A stretch of 64,000 bases of DNA from Candidatus Marinacidobacterales bacterium (GTDB lineage: Bacteria > Acidobacteriota > Vicinamibacteria > Marinacidobacterales > DATDRI01). This document shows positions 7,972 through 18,067 of this stretch, piece by piece. The translations under genes and the position numbers were made by a program. The notes under the pieces are model-generated. The model was given only the letters and a program-made list of their open reading frames with translations. It was not told where the DNA came from and searched no databases. Where the stretch lies: assembly GCA_965226495.1 (NCBI GenBank), contig OZ245365.1:6016001-6080000 (forward strand), in the 5' to 3' direction. Within the stretch, counting starts at the first letter, position 1; the number at the start of each line of letters is the position of its first letter.

Positions 7972-9899
7972 GATCCCTCCGTTCCACTACACATCTCGAT
8001 GAGCTTGTCCCGCCGCGTCAGAACGGCATCGATCTGGGCGGCGGCAAGGTAATCCCCCAAATTGGATTGGAGCTCGTCCCGATCGAGAGATCTCAAACCA
8101 TGCTCCAGCGAACCACCGACCGCGTCGCACGGGTTGAGCAAAGCTTGGGCGTCGATTTCTGTCGATAACGAGAACGCACGTTCATGATCCACCAACGCGA
8201 CATGGCTTTTCGCCGCATCGAACAGTTTGTCGTTGTCCTGGCGATCGTAGTTTCCGATGAGCGCGTCGAATACGAGTGCCTCCTTGACCTGGTTTCTTAA
8301 TTCGGCCTCGTCGACTCCGAACTCCATCGCGACGGCCTCGATGATCTCGTCGCGGCTCGCACCTTCCAGATTTCCCGATTCCTTAATGGACGTGAGATCG
8401 GAGGCCCTCTCGAGTAAGACGCGGAGACAGCCTTCTTTCCCAGTCTCAGCGTGTTTTCTCGGAATGGCGACCGGCACCAAGTCGAGCTCGAGCCTCTGGT
8501 CTAGCCAATAGGCCGCTATTTCGTGTTGATACCTGGCGGGATTGGACCGCTCCTTAGTCGCCGGCCCCTCTTCGACATCTTTGAAGACGGCCCGCATCTT
8601 CAAATCGTTGCCCTTCATCTCACAGAGCTCGGCGTGCTGTTCGCCCCTCGTGATCTTTCGACTCTCGGTTACTTCGGCCTCCTCGAGGAACTTCTCAATC
8701 TGCTCGTTCGGAAGGTGCTCGTACGCCCGGGCCCAGCCTTCTCCCTGGGGAGGTTCTACCACCGGAGCCATGTAGCCGTTCGTTGCGGGATCATACGCCT
8801 GCACCTTCTGAGCTTCGAAGACGACTGCGCGGGGCTGGCGACCATAGCCCATGCCGACGTCGCCGCGGATCAGACGTCCGTTGAAACGAGACGAGACGAA
8901 CCCGGTACGGGTGACGGTATGGCCGACCATCATCGCGCGCGCGTCAAGCAGCTCGAGCACTTTGTCGACGCGCAGTCGCTCGGCGCGTTCATTCTCCAGG
9001 GAATTACCGCGGTACCAGGTCGGACCGTTCGGCGAGAAGGCAATTGCTTCGGTTTGCTCGAGAAGCTCCTTGGCGGCTCGAACCACGTCGTCCGGGATCC
9101 TCGTGCGTCCTTCTTCGGAGGCTTGGACGATTGCTTTGGCCGTTCCCAGATACTTTGAATAAGTCGGCACACCCGCCACGTATTCGTGAATCACATCGCT
9201 GAGCTCCACCACCGCGCGGATGCTCTTGTGAAAGCGCTCATTGATCTCTTGGAGGCCCAAGGCGGCGACCTCGGGTGTGAGACCGCCGTGGAGAAAAACG
9301 ATACCGTTTATCTTCACCACCGCGGGTTGCTCGAGGAGCCACGAGCCATACTCACCTTTAGGCCCGAAGGCTTTTTCCCTGGCAAAGTAGCCGGGTGGGT
9401 AGCGTTCATCGAAGGACGCCTTCAGTTGTGCGTTACTAACCCCCTTTTTCTTGTGTGATTCCTCGAACCTGCTCCAGGCTTTCCGCCGATCCTTGGACTT
9501 CTCTTCATCGGCAAAATCGGAATGGCTCGCCGGCGCCACAAAACGGAAATCCCGGACCAAGTTCATGACGTCGTGATTACCAAGAAGCGCATGCACCTGT
9601 CCGCCCGCGGACTCCGATTCCCTCTGCAGTCGACGGAGCAGGTCGAGCAACGCTCGGTCGTCCGGCCCGCGGTCCGTCAAATCCCCACAAAGGACGACGT
9701 GCGTGTCCCCGCCGGTCCAGCGAAGTCTGTCGTCCACGATGTCGGTACTCTGCAGAATAGCGATCAGCTTGTTGACGTATCCGTGGACATCGCCCATGGC
9801 GACGACACGAGGAATGCCATCCCATTCCCAACTTGCAGTTTGTTCCGCCGCCGCGAAGCTTACAGAAATAGAAAAGATGAGAAGAGTACGGGTCAGCAT
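7968..9899 (-). CDS. Exported metallophosphoesterase (Shewanella-like PPP) fused to a C-terminal atypical kinase-like domain
   Basis: Signal peptide; GDVHG, GDLTDRG, GNHD, HGG and GHT motifs; C-terminal EIAAYWLD...VP, FDALIGNYDR and LVDHERAF. Confidence 0.85.
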   Translation of the reverse strand: MLTRTLLIFSISVSFAAAEQTASWEWDGIPRVVAMGDVHGYVNKLIAILQSTDIVDDRLRWTGGDTHVVLCGDLTDRGPDDRALLDLLRRLQRESESAGGQVHALLGNHDVMNLVRDFRFVAPASHSDFADEEKSKDRRKAWSRFEESHKKKGVSNAQLKASFDERYPPGYFAREKAFGPKGEYGSWLLEQPAVVKINGIVFLHGGLTPEVAALGLQEINERFHKSIRAVVELSDVIHEYVAGVPTYSKYLGTAKAIVQASEEGRTRIPDDVVRAAKELLEQTEAIAFSPNGPTWYRGNSLENERAERLRVDKVLELLDARAMMVGHTVTRTGFVSSRFNGRLIRGDVGMGYGRQPRAVVFEAQKVQAYDPATNGYMAPVVEPPQGEGWARAYEHLPNEQIEKFLEEAEVTESRKITRGEQHAELCEMKGNDLKMRAVFKDVEEGPATKERSNPARYQHEIAAYWLDQRLELDLVPVAIPRKHAETGKEGCLRVLLERASDLTSIKESGNLEGASRDEIIEAVAMEFGVDEAELRNQVKEALVFDALIGNYDRQDNDKLFDAAKSHVALVDHERAFSLSTEIDAQALLNPCDAVGGSLEHGLRSLDRDELQSNLGDYLAAAQIDAVLTRRDKLIEMCSGTEGS

Positions 9900-10036
9900 G
9901 GCAGCCCTCCCATGCCGCGGATGTTAGTCGGGGGCCTGCCGGAAGTCAAAAAAACAGGGGGCCAAATCTTGCGAAGGCACATCCGCGGGTTGGGAGCCCG
10001 GCGCGCCCGCACAAGATCTGACCCCCGGGGTGAGGT

Positions 10037-10456
10037 CTAGATCTTGAGCATTTGTTTGAGCGCCGGTCCGGCCACGGCGAAGCCAACTCCCACCTCGATG
10101 ACGAAGACCGCGACCCAGATGACCAGTGCCTGCATCCACTCCGTCCCAAAAACCATCTTGTAGACGAGGATGGGGACCAGCGCGAACGCGAAGCCGATGG
10201 TGAAGATCGGACTCATTCCCGGGGCGAGCCCCAGGAACACGAGGGATCCCCAGCCGGCCATGTTCTTGAAGATCGTCGCTAGAAACGCCTTTCCGAAGGT
10301 CGCATCATTGACGCTGGCGGCCTTGGCGACGACTTTGGTGACGATCACGCTGATCACGAACGTGACCGCTACTACAATGAGGAGACTCGAAACGATCGAG
10401 CTGGGCTTAGGGCTGTCTCCCGCTTGAGCTAACGCGTAAAGGATGGTGCTTAGCAT
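10037..10456 (-). CDS. Hypothetical membrane protein
   Basis: Four hydrophobic helices; RBS AAGGAG. Confidence 0.7.
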   Translation of the reverse strand: MLSTILYALAQAGDSPKPSSIVSSLLIVVAVTFVISVIVTKVVAKAASVNDATFGKAFLATIFKNMAGWGSLVFLGLAPGMSPIFTIGFAFALVPILVYKMVFGTEWMQALVIWVAVFVIEVGVGFAVAGPALKQMLKI

Positions 10457-10620
10457 GTGGACACTCCTTTCACAATCCGAAATGACACGTTCCGAAATAG
10501 TGCGTGACCACCGAAACCGGCGGAGCGTCCGTTGATGCTAGTTGCGAGAGTCTGAAAGGGAACTAATTGAAAACAGTATAGCGGATATCTGGATATGAGT
10601 CTAATCCGAGGCGTTTGCCT

Positions 10621-12195
10621 TTAGAAAGCTCGGCGGCCCTGCTTCGCCGTGACTGGCTTCTGATCGGCGAGGTCTTTTAGGGCCTGGATGGGCCGGCGGT
10701 CCGGCGTCATCATCTTGATCGACTGGCGAAGATATTGCTCCGCCTCGCCCACCTTCCCGAGATCGACGTAGATCTTGCCGGTGTAGTAGACCGCCAGTCC
10801 ACAGTTGGGATCGAGGCGTAGGGCCTCACCGAGCTCCTCGAGAGACTTCTTCGCTGCGAAGTCCGGCTCGCGGAGATAGCGGCAGTAGGCTAGCTCGGCC
10901 CGGTATAGCCCGTTTTGTGGATCGCAATCATAGGCGAACTCGAGCTGTTCGAGGGCCTCCTTGTGGTTGCCAGCCAGCATCAAGGCTTGACCCTTTTTGA
11001 ACTGCACGTCAGAGTCCAGGAGGTCGGTTTGTATGGCGAACTGGTCGCGGCCACTTGCTTGTTTGCCCTGTTGTTCGGCGATGAGGTTCTGCCGACTGGC
11101 GGCCAGAGAGTTCCGCCGTTCCGGGTCGGTGAGCTCGCCGAACGCACGACCTCCGGCGATAAAGAGGTCCTGGGCCTTCTCGACTAGGGTGTCGAGTCCA
11201 GCAGCCTGAAATCTCCAGGGCGCGAATCTCCGCGAGAAGTCCAGGTACGCAAGCTCGGTGGCCCGTGGCGTCGCATCGGTCGGAATGTCCAGCAAGTCGA
11301 ACGGGTCTTGTTTGCGATAGCGAAGATATTTCTCCATCAACGCATTGCCGAGCTCGTCGGGGCTGGCCGCCTCGACATTCGGGAGCGGGGTAACACGAGC
11401 AACTCTCTGCGTCGAGCTGCTTGAGACGGGCGCCTTGGCAGCGTCTTTGGGTAACCAATCCTCGGGAATGATGGTGCCGACAACCGCGAGTGCGTAGAGA
11501 AGCCTGGCGACGCGTTCCCGCGGAACCTTGGCTTCCACGACCAGTTCTTCCATGCGCTTGCCGTCTCGCAGCAGGTCGGTCACTTTCCGCTGCTCACCGG
11601 TGAGGCGGATTTCTTCGAGGGGGCAGTGCGGAGCGGGGTGAAAAACGAGTTTGCTATCTGCAAGATCCCGCGCGGCCTCCTCGATCTCTTCCGCAGACGC
11701 GAGCTTGGAGATCCCGGTGACGACGAGTTGGGCCGTTTTGACTTTGAGCGATGACTCCACTTGCCCGAGCTCGGGGAGCACCTGAAAGCTCCCGTTCCTC
11801 CAGGTGAATCCGTCGAGGAGTTTCTTGGCCAAGTGTTGCTGCAATGTCTTGAAAAGCTCGGAAGCCGTGATCAAGCCTTCGGAGATCAGGACCTCGCCCA
11901 TTAGCTGGTCCCGGGTGATGCTCTTGCTGAAGCAGAGCTGACATTGGTCCTGGGTGATATCTCCGCGGGCGACCATGAACTGACCGAGAGTGTCCTGGAG
12001 AAGATTGGACCGGCAATCGACCGGAACACCGTCTTCTATGGAAATCCTCTTTCGCAGCTGCTTGCGCTCGATCTCCAAAACGACCGAGAGGCGCTGCACC
12101 GCCAGCGCGTGCAGCAAGACCGGATAGGGAGTCTTGGCTAGATCTCCGCTCTTCATATGGGAGATCACTTCGAGCTGGTCGGGCTTAGGAATCAT
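10621..12195 (-). CDS. DUF4388-like + degenerate J-domain + TPR protein
   Basis: N-terminal GDL...G.L...GE.LI.EG...F.W.NG.F; DPFDLLDI...AY...RRFAP in place of the HPD motif; C-terminal TPR-like helices. Confidence 0.7.
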   Translation of the reverse strand: MIPKPDQLEVISHMKSGDLAKTPYPVLLHALAVQRLSVVLEIERKQLRKRISIEDGVPVDCRSNLLQDTLGQFMVARGDITQDQCQLCFSKSITRDQLMGEVLISEGLITASELFKTLQQHLAKKLLDGFTWRNGSFQVLPELGQVESSLKVKTAQLVVTGISKLASAEEIEEAARDLADSKLVFHPAPHCPLEEIRLTGEQRKVTDLLRDGKRMEELVVEAKVPRERVARLLYALAVVGTIIPEDWLPKDAAKAPVSSSSTQRVARVTPLPNVEAASPDELGNALMEKYLRYRKQDPFDLLDIPTDATPRATELAYLDFSRRFAPWRFQAAGLDTLVEKAQDLFIAGGRAFGELTDPERRNSLAASRQNLIAEQQGKQASGRDQFAIQTDLLDSDVQFKKGQALMLAGNHKEALEQLEFAYDCDPQNGLYRAELAYCRYLREPDFAAKKSLEELGEALRLDPNCGLAVYYTGKIYVDLGKVGEAEQYLRQSIKMMTPDRRPIQALKDLADQKPVTAKQGRRAF

Positions 12196-12299
12196 GACTG
12201 GCCCCTCGCCACCGATCGGGAGCTATGACACTAGATTTTATAGAGATGATAAAAGTGTAGCAGAAGTCGGGGCAGGGCTCCAGGGAGGAGTCGTCCCGC

Positions 12300-12731
12300 T
12301 CAGCTAGGGCTGTTGATCACGGTCACCTGGTCGTTGAGTGTCCAGAAATCGTAGAGGACTCCCAGGCCCAACAGCCCGCCGGTCAAAAAATAGAGTATGC
12401 CGGAGATCCACTTCCCCATGTACATGCGATGGATCCCGAAAAGTCCCAGGAAGGTGAGGAGGATCCACGTCACGCTGTAATCGATGGGCCCCGCCTGGTA
12501 TCTGAGATCTGCCTCTCGATCCATGGAAGGAATGAGAAAGAGATCGATGAGCCAGCCAATGCCAAGGAGCCCAAGGGTAAAAAACCAGATCGTTCCCGTG
12601 ACCGGTCGGCCGTAATAGAATCGATGAGCGCCCAGGAAACCGAAGATCCATAGGATGTAACCGATGGATTTGAGATGTGTGTCTTCCTTACTAGCCACTG
12701 GGAGCCCCTCCTTCGAATGGGAAGATATCAT
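12300..12731 (-). CDS. TM2-domain (NINE) protein
   Basis: Two copies of the F.G.HR.Y.G...G..W/Y..T.GLLG.G...D motif. Confidence 0.88.
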   Translation of the reverse strand: MISSHSKEGLPVASKEDTHLKSIGYILWIFGFLGAHRFYYGRPVTGTIWFFTLGLLGIGWLIDLFLIPSMDREADLRYQAGPIDYSVTWILLTFLGLFGIHRMYMGKWISGILYFLTGGLLGLGVLYDFWTLNDQVTVINSPS

Positions 12732-12748
12732 GGAAGCTCAACGCTCTC

Positions 12749-15232
12749 TTACTCGTAACGAAGGGCTATCATCGGGTCCACCCGGGATGCTCGCCAAGCG
12801 GGGACTGCATTGGCCACCAGCGCGGCGACCAAGAGAATGCAGGCGCCGGCTGCTAGCGTCAAGAAATCCACCGCGGGTATGCCGAATAGAATTCCCGCCA
12901 GGGCTTGGTTGACCAACATCGATGCGACGAGCCCGATCGCCACGCCCAGCCCAGCGAGGATCATGCCTCGTTTCAAGACCAACACCATGACGCGGTGCGT
13001 TTCCGCACCTAGAGCCATGCGAATCCCGACCTCGTGGGTCCTTTGGCTGACCCAGTAGGCAATGAGGCCATAGAGACCGATGGCGGCGAGCAGCACCGCC
13101 AGCAAGCTGAAACCACCGAGGAGCCGGGATCCCATGCGGACCGGATAGAGACTGACCGCGAGTTGATCGTTGAAGCTCACCGCATCCATGATCGTCAACT
13201 CCGGATTCATCTGGAGGAGTTCCCGCCGCACGGTTTCCACCGTGGCGGTAGCGTCGCCCCGGCTGCGGATGAGGAGGCTCCCGTAGGCGTTGTAGTTCTG
13301 AGCACGTGCGAAGTGGAGGTAGGGCCGCGGGTTTTCGCCGATCGTCCGGATCTTGTGATTCGAAGCCACCGCCACGATCTCCAAGGGGGGACTATCGGGG
13401 TCTCTACGAATGCGCTTTCCGATGGCGCTTTCCTCCGGCCAAAGCGTACGCGCCAGTTTTTCGTTGACGATCACCACGCCGGGTGAGTCTTCGGTATCAC
13501 TCTCCAGGAAGGGACGCCCTTCGAGGAGGGGGATTCCCATGGTGCGGAAATAGTCTACCCCCACGAAGGTGACGTCGACGACGAAGGGCTTTTCCTCGTT
13601 CGAGGTTAGCTCATTACCGTCGACGTGGATGTCAGACAAATTGATGTTCATGTCGAATGGGAAGCGTGCAGCGATGGAGGCCGATTCCACCTCCTGCAGT
13701 GCCCGCACGCGCTCAAGGGTCTGTCGATAGAAATTCTTGCCTTGCTCTTCCTCGTAGCCGTTCATGTCCAAGTTCAGGGTGAGGACGCCGAGCGGATCAG
13801 GCGAGAAGCCAATCTCCGCGGCGCGCGAGGCGATAAGGCTCCGCACCAGGAGCCCCGCGCCGATCAAGAGAACGAGCGACAAGGTCACTTGCCCCACCAC
13901 GAGCAGATCACCGAGATGGAAGCGTCCCGCTGCCTTCTGATCCGTAGACGCTTCCTTAAGGGCCGACACGAGATCCGCCCGCGAGGCCTGTAAGGCCGGC
14001 GCTAAGCCGAAGAGCAGGCCAGTCAGAATCGATAGTCCCATAGCGAACACAAGCACCTGGACATCCAGCCCAAGATCGAGCGCGATCGGCAGTGCGAAGT
14101 CGGGTCGATAATTACGGAGAAGAGAGTTAGCCCAAATCGCGAGAAGAAGTCCGAGCCCACCTCCCACTCCCGAGAGAATGAGGGACTCCGCCAGGAGCTG
14201 GCGGATCAATCGAGCGCGCGAGGCGCCGACGGCGAGCCGCACCGCAATCTCCCGTCGCCTCGTGGTGGCCCGGGCGAGCAGCATGTTCGCCACATTGGCG
14301 CAGGCGATCAGCAAGACGATGCCGACGACGCTCAGAAGCAGCAGCGCGATGGGAGTCAGCGGCTTGTCCAGCATGGGATGAAAGCGCACGCTCTCCGCAG
14401 GAAGAAGGGTCACACCCCGCCTCTCGTTCGACTCGATGTATTCGCTCTCAAGCCTCGCAGTGATCGTTGCCATCTCGGCCTTGGCTTGCTCGAGTGTCAC
14501 GCCCGGCGCCAGCCGCCCTTTGACGAACATCCAGCGGCGTCCGCGCTGGTCGAGCCGGCTATCTCCGGTAGTGTTGCCCTGGACGTCTTGGATTCCCATC
14601 GGCTCGACTTCCTGCGCCATCATCGTCGGAACCCAAAGCTCGGGGGAAAATCCCGGAAACGAGCCGGGGTAGCTGGGTGGAAGAACACCGACCACCGTGT
14701 ACTGGACTCCATTCAGCTTGAGCGTTTGACCGAGCGCGTCCGAATCGCCGCCGAACTGCCTCTGCCAGAATCCGTGCCCGAGCACGACCACCGGGTGGCT
14801 TCCCGGCGTCCGGTCTTCCTCGGGGAGAAACGTTCTTCCAAGCAAAGCATCGACACCCAAGACGTCGAAATAGTTGCCGGTGACGATTTCTCCGACCATG
14901 AACTCCGACTTCCCCTCCTGGCTGAGGCTAACTGCCATCAAGGAGTAGCCCAGGATTCCGGAGAACGACTTCGCCTGTGCTTGGAAATCCAGGTAGTCGG
15001 GGTAGGAAGTTGAGGAATAGTCGAGCCCCTCAGGGTCGCGCGAGTAGATCTCAACGAGCTCGTCGGGGTTCGTAACCGGTGCTGGTCGGAGCAGCACCGA
15101 GTTGACGATGCTGAAGATGGTCGTATTGAGGCCGATACCAAGAGCCAAAGAGAGCACCGCCACCGCAGAGAAGCCTGGGTAGGCAAGCAACATGCGTAAG
15201 CCGTATTTGAGATCTTTGAATAGGTTTCCCAT
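12749..15232 (-). CDS. ADOP-family duplicated MacB/FtsX ABC permease
   Basis: DLKYGLRML..PGFS..A...LALGIG.NT, LLIACANVANMLLARA..RRREIAVRLAVGA, EVGIRMALGA, DPMIALRYE. Confidence 0.92.
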   Translation of the reverse strand: MGNLFKDLKYGLRMLLAYPGFSAVAVLSLALGIGLNTTIFSIVNSVLLRPAPVTNPDELVEIYSRDPEGLDYSSTSYPDYLDFQAQAKSFSGILGYSLMAVSLSQEGKSEFMVGEIVTGNYFDVLGVDALLGRTFLPEEDRTPGSHPVVVLGHGFWQRQFGGDSDALGQTLKLNGVQYTVVGVLPPSYPGSFPGFSPELWVPTMMAQEVEPMGIQDVQGNTTGDSRLDQRGRRWMFVKGRLAPGVTLEQAKAEMATITARLESEYIESNERRGVTLLPAESVRFHPMLDKPLTPIALLLLSVVGIVLLIACANVANMLLARATTRRREIAVRLAVGASRARLIRQLLAESLILSGVGGGLGLLLAIWANSLLRNYRPDFALPIALDLGLDVQVLVFAMGLSILTGLLFGLAPALQASRADLVSALKEASTDQKAAGRFHLGDLLVVGQVTLSLVLLIGAGLLVRSLIASRAAEIGFSPDPLGVLTLNLDMNGYEEEQGKNFYRQTLERVRALQEVESASIAARFPFDMNINLSDIHVDGNELTSNEEKPFVVDVTFVGVDYFRTMGIPLLEGRPFLESDTEDSPGVVIVNEKLARTLWPEESAIGKRIRRDPDSPPLEIVAVASNHKIRTIGENPRPYLHFARAQNYNAYGSLLIRSRGDATATVETVRRELLQMNPELTIMDAVSFNDQLAVSLYPVRMGSRLLGGFSLLAVLLAAIGLYGLIAYWVSQRTHEVGIRMALGAETHRVMVLVLKRGMILAGLGVAIGLVASMLVNQALAGILFGIPAVDFLTLAAGACILLVAALVANAVPAWRASRVDPMIALRYE

Positions 15233-15289
15233 AACATTATTAATAACGCACGAGCCCACCGGAAAGCTCCGGCTAGTTAGGGAGGTTGC

Positions 15290-15931
15290 TTAGAATCGAA
15301 ACCCGACTCCGAACGAGACCTCCACGTTGTGAACGGTCTCGTCGAAGGTAATTCCTGCGATTTCTGCGATCTGTCCGAGAAGACCGAAGTCATCCTGCGT
15401 AAAAGTCGTCATGTGATCTCGGATGTCTAGTCGCAGCGTGGCTCTTTTGATGTTGGCTTTGATGCCGGCGCCGAAGTTGAAGCCGAATTTGTTGACCGTC
15501 ACTAGGTCCACATTGACCAGGGCGGCTGGTCCGATGTCCCCTTGGAAGTCGAAGCTTTGAAGGCCCACGCCACCGGTCACGAAGGGAGAGACGGCGGTGG
15601 GTAATATGATGAGGAGGAGATTGGCGTCAAGGTAGGTTACTCGCGTGTCCACAGTGAAGACATCGTCTTCGACGGTGCCGGTCAACCCGCTCGGTGCGTA
15701 CGCAAAGCTTCCTTCCACTGCCAACGGGTGCCCATACCAGCCACCCCGAACCCCGTACACGACGCCATTCTTGAACGAGCTCGTTATGTTACCTGCCTCT
15801 AGCTGGTTGAGGTCCCCTCCGAGAAGTCCTCCGATGAAGCCGGAAATTTCACCGTCGCCGGCGAAGGTAGGTGTGGCTGCGAGCAGGGCTAGCAGTACGA
15901 GGGAAGTGCGTAACGTTTTCCACTGGGTCAT
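15290..15931 (-). CDS. Outer-membrane beta-barrel protein
   Basis: Signal peptide, alternating beta-strands, C-terminal GVGFRF. Confidence 0.8.
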   Translation of the reverse strand: MTQWKTLRTSLVLLALLAATPTFAGDGEISGFIGGLLGGDLNQLEAGNITSSFKNGVVYGVRGGWYGHPLAVEGSFAYAPSGLTGTVEDDVFTVDTRVTYLDANLLLIILPTAVSPFVTGGVGLQSFDFQGDIGPAALVNVDLVTVNKFGFNFGAGIKANIKRATLRLDIRDHMTTFTQDDFGLLGQIAEIAGITFDETVHNVEVSFGVGFRF

Positions 15932-15967
15932 CCGGTCTCCTCTGAGATAGTTTCCTCTTCCTTTAAA

Positions 15968-16000
15968 CCCTCTCCCCTTGGGAGAGGTTAGGGTGAGGGT
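15968..16000. repeat. REP-like palindrome, possibly a terminator
   Basis: CCCTCTCCC-CTT-GGGAGAGG-TTAGGGTGAGGG; a related inverted copy lies at 34087-34121. Confidence 0.7.
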
Positions 16001-16024
16001 TTTTTAAGATAGTCTCTTCACCCT

Positions 16025-16867
16025 TCAATACACTTCGGGGACGAATGTTTGCTCGGTGATCGGTGGCCGAACGTAACCGACGTTCTCTTGCCGGTCCGGC
16101 AACTTGATCTTGGGGTCCTTGAGCTCATCGTAGGGAACCTGACTTAACAAGTGAGCGACCACGTTGAGTCGCGCCCGCTTCTTATCGTCCGCTCGTACGA
16201 CGAACCAGGGCGCTTGTTTGATATCGGTGTGGTTGAACATCTCGTCCTTGGCCATCGAGTACTCGACCCACTTTTCGCGTGATTTCAGGTCCATCTCGCT
16301 GATCTTCCAGCGGCGAACGGGGTCCTTGATGCGTTGTTTGAACCGACGCTCCTGTTCTTCATCACTCACCGAGAACCAGTACTTGATGATCTGAATGCCC
16401 GAGCGAACTAACGCGCGTTCGAATTCCGGAACCGACCGGAGAAACTCTCGATACTCCTCTTCGGTACAAAACTCCATGACCAGCTCGACGCCGGCGCGGT
16501 TGTACCAGCTCCGGTCGAACAAAACCATTTCGCCGTCGGCGGGGAGGTGAGCCACGTAACGCTGGAAGTACCATTGCGTCTTCTCGCGCTCGGTAGGTGT
16601 CCCTAGAGCCACCACACGACATATTCGCGGATTGAGACTCTGCGTGATGCGTCGGATGGTGCCACCCTTGCCGGCTGCATCGCGCCCCTCGAAGATCACC
16701 ACGACCTTGAGGCCCTTGTCCTTGATCCACTTCTGAAGCTTGACTAGCTCGACTTGGAAACCGGCGAGGGTCTTCTCATAGGCTTTGTTCTTGAGCTTGT
16801 GGTGCTTCGGTTGGCTGATGTCCGGGTTGTCGAGTTGTAGTTTCTTACTTCCCTTGCTCTTTGCCAT
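16025..16867 (-). CDS. ppk2: Polyphosphate kinase 2
   Basis: FEGRDAAGKGG, QWYFQRY, FDRSWYNRAGVE, WKISEMD. Confidence 0.95.
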   Translation of the reverse strand: MAKSKGSKKLQLDNPDISQPKHHKLKNKAYEKTLAGFQVELVKLQKWIKDKGLKVVVIFEGRDAAGKGGTIRRITQSLNPRICRVVALGTPTEREKTQWYFQRYVAHLPADGEMVLFDRSWYNRAGVELVMEFCTEEEYREFLRSVPEFERALVRSGIQIIKYWFSVSDEEQERRFKQRIKDPVRRWKISEMDLKSREKWVEYSMAKDEMFNHTDIKQAPWFVVRADDKKRARLNVVAHLLSQVPYDELKDPKIKLPDRQENVGYVRPPITEQTFVPEVY

Positions 16868-16874
16868 GGTGAGC

Positions 16875-17510
16875 TCACTGAGAGTTGTCCGGCCCGCGCA
16901 CGCACCACGCGATGCCTTTCATAGTACTGGCGGTGGAGAATGGAAACCCGTTGCAACCGGTCCCTGTACCGCACTGCATCACGATTTCTCTGACGCTCGA
17001 TTCGTGCGGCGCCAGAAATCGACTGCTCGACCAAAATCCATCGCCCCCCCGAGTGTCGTGGCCCTTATCCGACTTGAACGGGTGGCCGGATGGTAGCCGA
17101 GGTTCTCGACCGGTCCTCCCGCCGACTTCCAATAGGCTGCTGAATTCTCCCGCAGTGGGAAGACGCCACCCCATGCGCTTTCCGGATGTGGCGTTCCAGC
17201 AATATGTCAGCGCCTCTTGCCAAGTGAAGCCATCGTTGCTCATAAGGATGTAGCGCTGCCATACTAACCCGGTCTCCCGGTCGAGGACTCCACTGCCGTT
17301 GAACACGAGCTCGAAACGCTGGCTCCCGGGGAGGCGCTGGTTCCAGGAATGTAGCGGGTAGACTTTGGTGTCGTTGGGATCGGGCTCCGCCGCGGTAAGA
17401 TCTTTCCTGACCGATTGGGATCGTGGCTGTTGTGTTTCCGCGCGTGCGCCCAGCTGGGTCGCCATCACGACCACCAGTCCCACGAATAAACTTGCCACTC
17501 TGGTTTTCAT
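16875..17510 (-). CDS. Exported DUF1566 (Lcl C-terminal-like) protein
   Basis: VLDRETGLVWQ, TWQEA..YC, GWRLPT..E, FWSSS, AWCVRG. Confidence 0.85.
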   Translation of the reverse strand: MKTRVASLFVGLVVVMATQLGARAETQQPRSQSVRKDLTAAEPDPNDTKVYPLHSWNQRLPGSQRFELVFNGSGVLDRETGLVWQRYILMSNDGFTWQEALTYCWNATSGKRMGWRLPTAGEFSSLLEVGGRTGREPRLPSGHPFKSDKGHDTRGGDGFWSSSRFLAPHESSVREIVMQCGTGTGCNGFPFSTASTMKGIAWCVRGPDNSQ

Positions 17511-17531
17511 CGCAACCCTCCTCAGTGGGCC

Positions 17532-17954
17532 TCAATGCGCGTGACCGCCCTCCGCGGGATGATCATGCGTGATGTTCCACTTCACGTCTTTGACTGTAAA
17601 ACCATCCACCATTCCGTTGCCATTGTGCCAGCCGAGGCCGCACTCTGGGCAGACTTCCTTCTTGGCCTCCACGTTCGGGAAGCATGCGCATTGTCCTTCG
17701 TGGAGGGCACACCAATTGCAGCTCGGAAACGTGCAACAGCTGTACTTTCCGGTGTTGGCTAGCTCGGACTTGGTGTCGTCTAGCGCCGCATTGATTTTCT
17801 CTATTTGCTCGGCAGGTGAGAGCTTCACCGGTTCCTCTTGCTTGGGAGACTCCGCCTGCTGAGCCTGCTGAGCCTGCTGAGCCTGTTGGGCGGGTTGGCA
17901 CGAGACGAGTCCGAAAAGAAGAGCGATCGTCCCAAACACATGAACTGTTTTCAT
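17532..17954 (-). CDS. Cys/His-rich lipoprotein
   Basis: Lipobox LVSC, QQA repeats, CC..C..C......C.C...C..C cluster, tail HDHPAEGGHAH. Confidence 0.7.
   Translation of the reverse strand: MKTVHVFGTIALLFGLVSCQPAQQAQQAQQAQQAESPKQEEPVKLSPAEQIEKINAALDDTKSELANTGKYSCCTFPSCNWCALHEGQCACFPNVEAKKEVCPECGLGWHNGNGMVDGFTVKDVKWNITHDHPAEGGHAH
17854..17889. repeat. 9-bp in-frame tandem repeat (GCCTGCTGA x3 plus a degenerate copy)
   Basis: Directly visible; encodes QQAQQAQQAQQA. Confidence 0.85.
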
Positions 17955-18067
17955 CACTGGGCCCTGCTCCTTTCTTGGATGCTTCTGCGGGAAGAAAATA
18001 GCGCGGTGCCCGCTCAAAAGTCAAAGAGCGGATTGCTTTTCGGCTTTTACCACACTATTCTTTTCCC

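Noticed and set aside
16875-17510. Diversity-generating retroelement target (DUF1566)
   Set aside because: No reverse transcriptase and no adenine-variant template repeat were seen in the window.
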